From Eledone cirrhosa (taxonomy: Eukaryota), in NCBI GenBank assembly GCA_964016885.1, contig OZ024758.1, positions 35,154,001 to 35,218,000 of the forward strand: a stretch of 64,000 bases of DNA. The letters run 5' to 3'. Numbering within the stretch: the stretch's first letter is position 1; each line of letters starts with the position of its first letter. Shown in pieces: positions 63,921-64,000 of this stretch. The notes under the pieces are model-generated. The model was not told the origin of the DNA. It was given only the letters and a program-made list of their open reading frames with translations, and ran no database searches. The position numbers and the translations under genes were made by a program.

Positions 63921-64000
63921 ATTCATTTAAGTCATGGTACTAGCTGTCAGAAGTAACTCCACTGTTGGTGAGAATTCATTTAAGTTCATGGTATTAGCTG

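Larger units (their letters stand above)
1..64000. repeat. Tandem satellite DNA array, ~54-bp monomer (EcoRI/AluI-containing), ~1,190 head-to-tail copies, extending beyond both window edges
   Basis: GAATTCATTTAAGTTCATGGTATTAGCTGTCAGAAGTAACTCCACTGTTGGTGA recurs continuously on every line. Most monomers differ from consensus by only a few changes. Common polymorphisms are AAGT[T/-]CA, GTA[T/C]TA, AG[C/T/TT]TG, AAG[T/G]AAC and CCA[C/A/T]TG. The copy number is an estimate (64000/~53.8). Confidence 0.99.

Noticed and set aside
1-64000. CRISPR array or other repeat-spacer system
   Set aside because: There are no unique spacers between repeats; the whole unit is repeated. No leader or cas gene is present.
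1-64000. Synthetic concatemer, rolling-circle/MDA product or sequencing artefact (suggested by one EcoRI site per unit)
   Set aside because: Rare variants are inherited in nested, colinear multi-kb blocks that have diverged slightly from one another. That is what an evolved array looks like, not random error or ligation. Local mis-assembly of individual blocks cannot be excluded.
1-64000. Programmed frameshift / phase-variation system or an information-bearing 'code' in the variant order
   Set aside because: No gene, promoter or recombinase is present, and the variant order is adequately explained by duplication history.
1-64000. Telomeric repeat, rDNA/5S/tRNA/snRNA or spliced-leader array
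   Set aside because: There is no G-rich telomere motif, and I recognise no structured RNA or Pol III A/B box. The unit is too short for these gene arrays.
1-64000. Embedded transposon, inversion or unique island hidden in the array
   Set aside because: Reading through the window, I found no departure from the monomer beyond point changes and 1-2-bp indels, and no reverse-complement monomers.

Overview
All 64,000 bases are one uninterrupted, head-to-tail, single-orientation satellite array, and it runs off both ends of the window. The monomer is about 54 bp (consensus GAATTCATTTAAGTTCATGGTATTAGCTGTCAGAAGTAACTCCACTGTTGGTGA; 20/54 = 37% GC, no CpG, one EcoRI site), with roughly 1,190 copies. 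I see no genes, RNA genes, transposons, CRISPR spacers or unique sequence. Every ORF in the track is a by-product of a monomer length divisible by 3 with one stop-free frame per strand. The informative signal is the pattern of monomer variants. It defines three sub-domains and a nested series of duplications with periods of about 0.86, 1.4, 1.2-2.9, 2.15, 3.4, 3.5, 4.7, 5.3 and 12.9 kb. It also gives one crossover mappable to about 23 bp and apparent single-monomer gene-conversion events. This looks like a young, homogeneous eukaryotic heterochromatic or centromere-type satellite. I do not recognise the family or the organism, and I found no evidence of a new protein- or RNA-based system.
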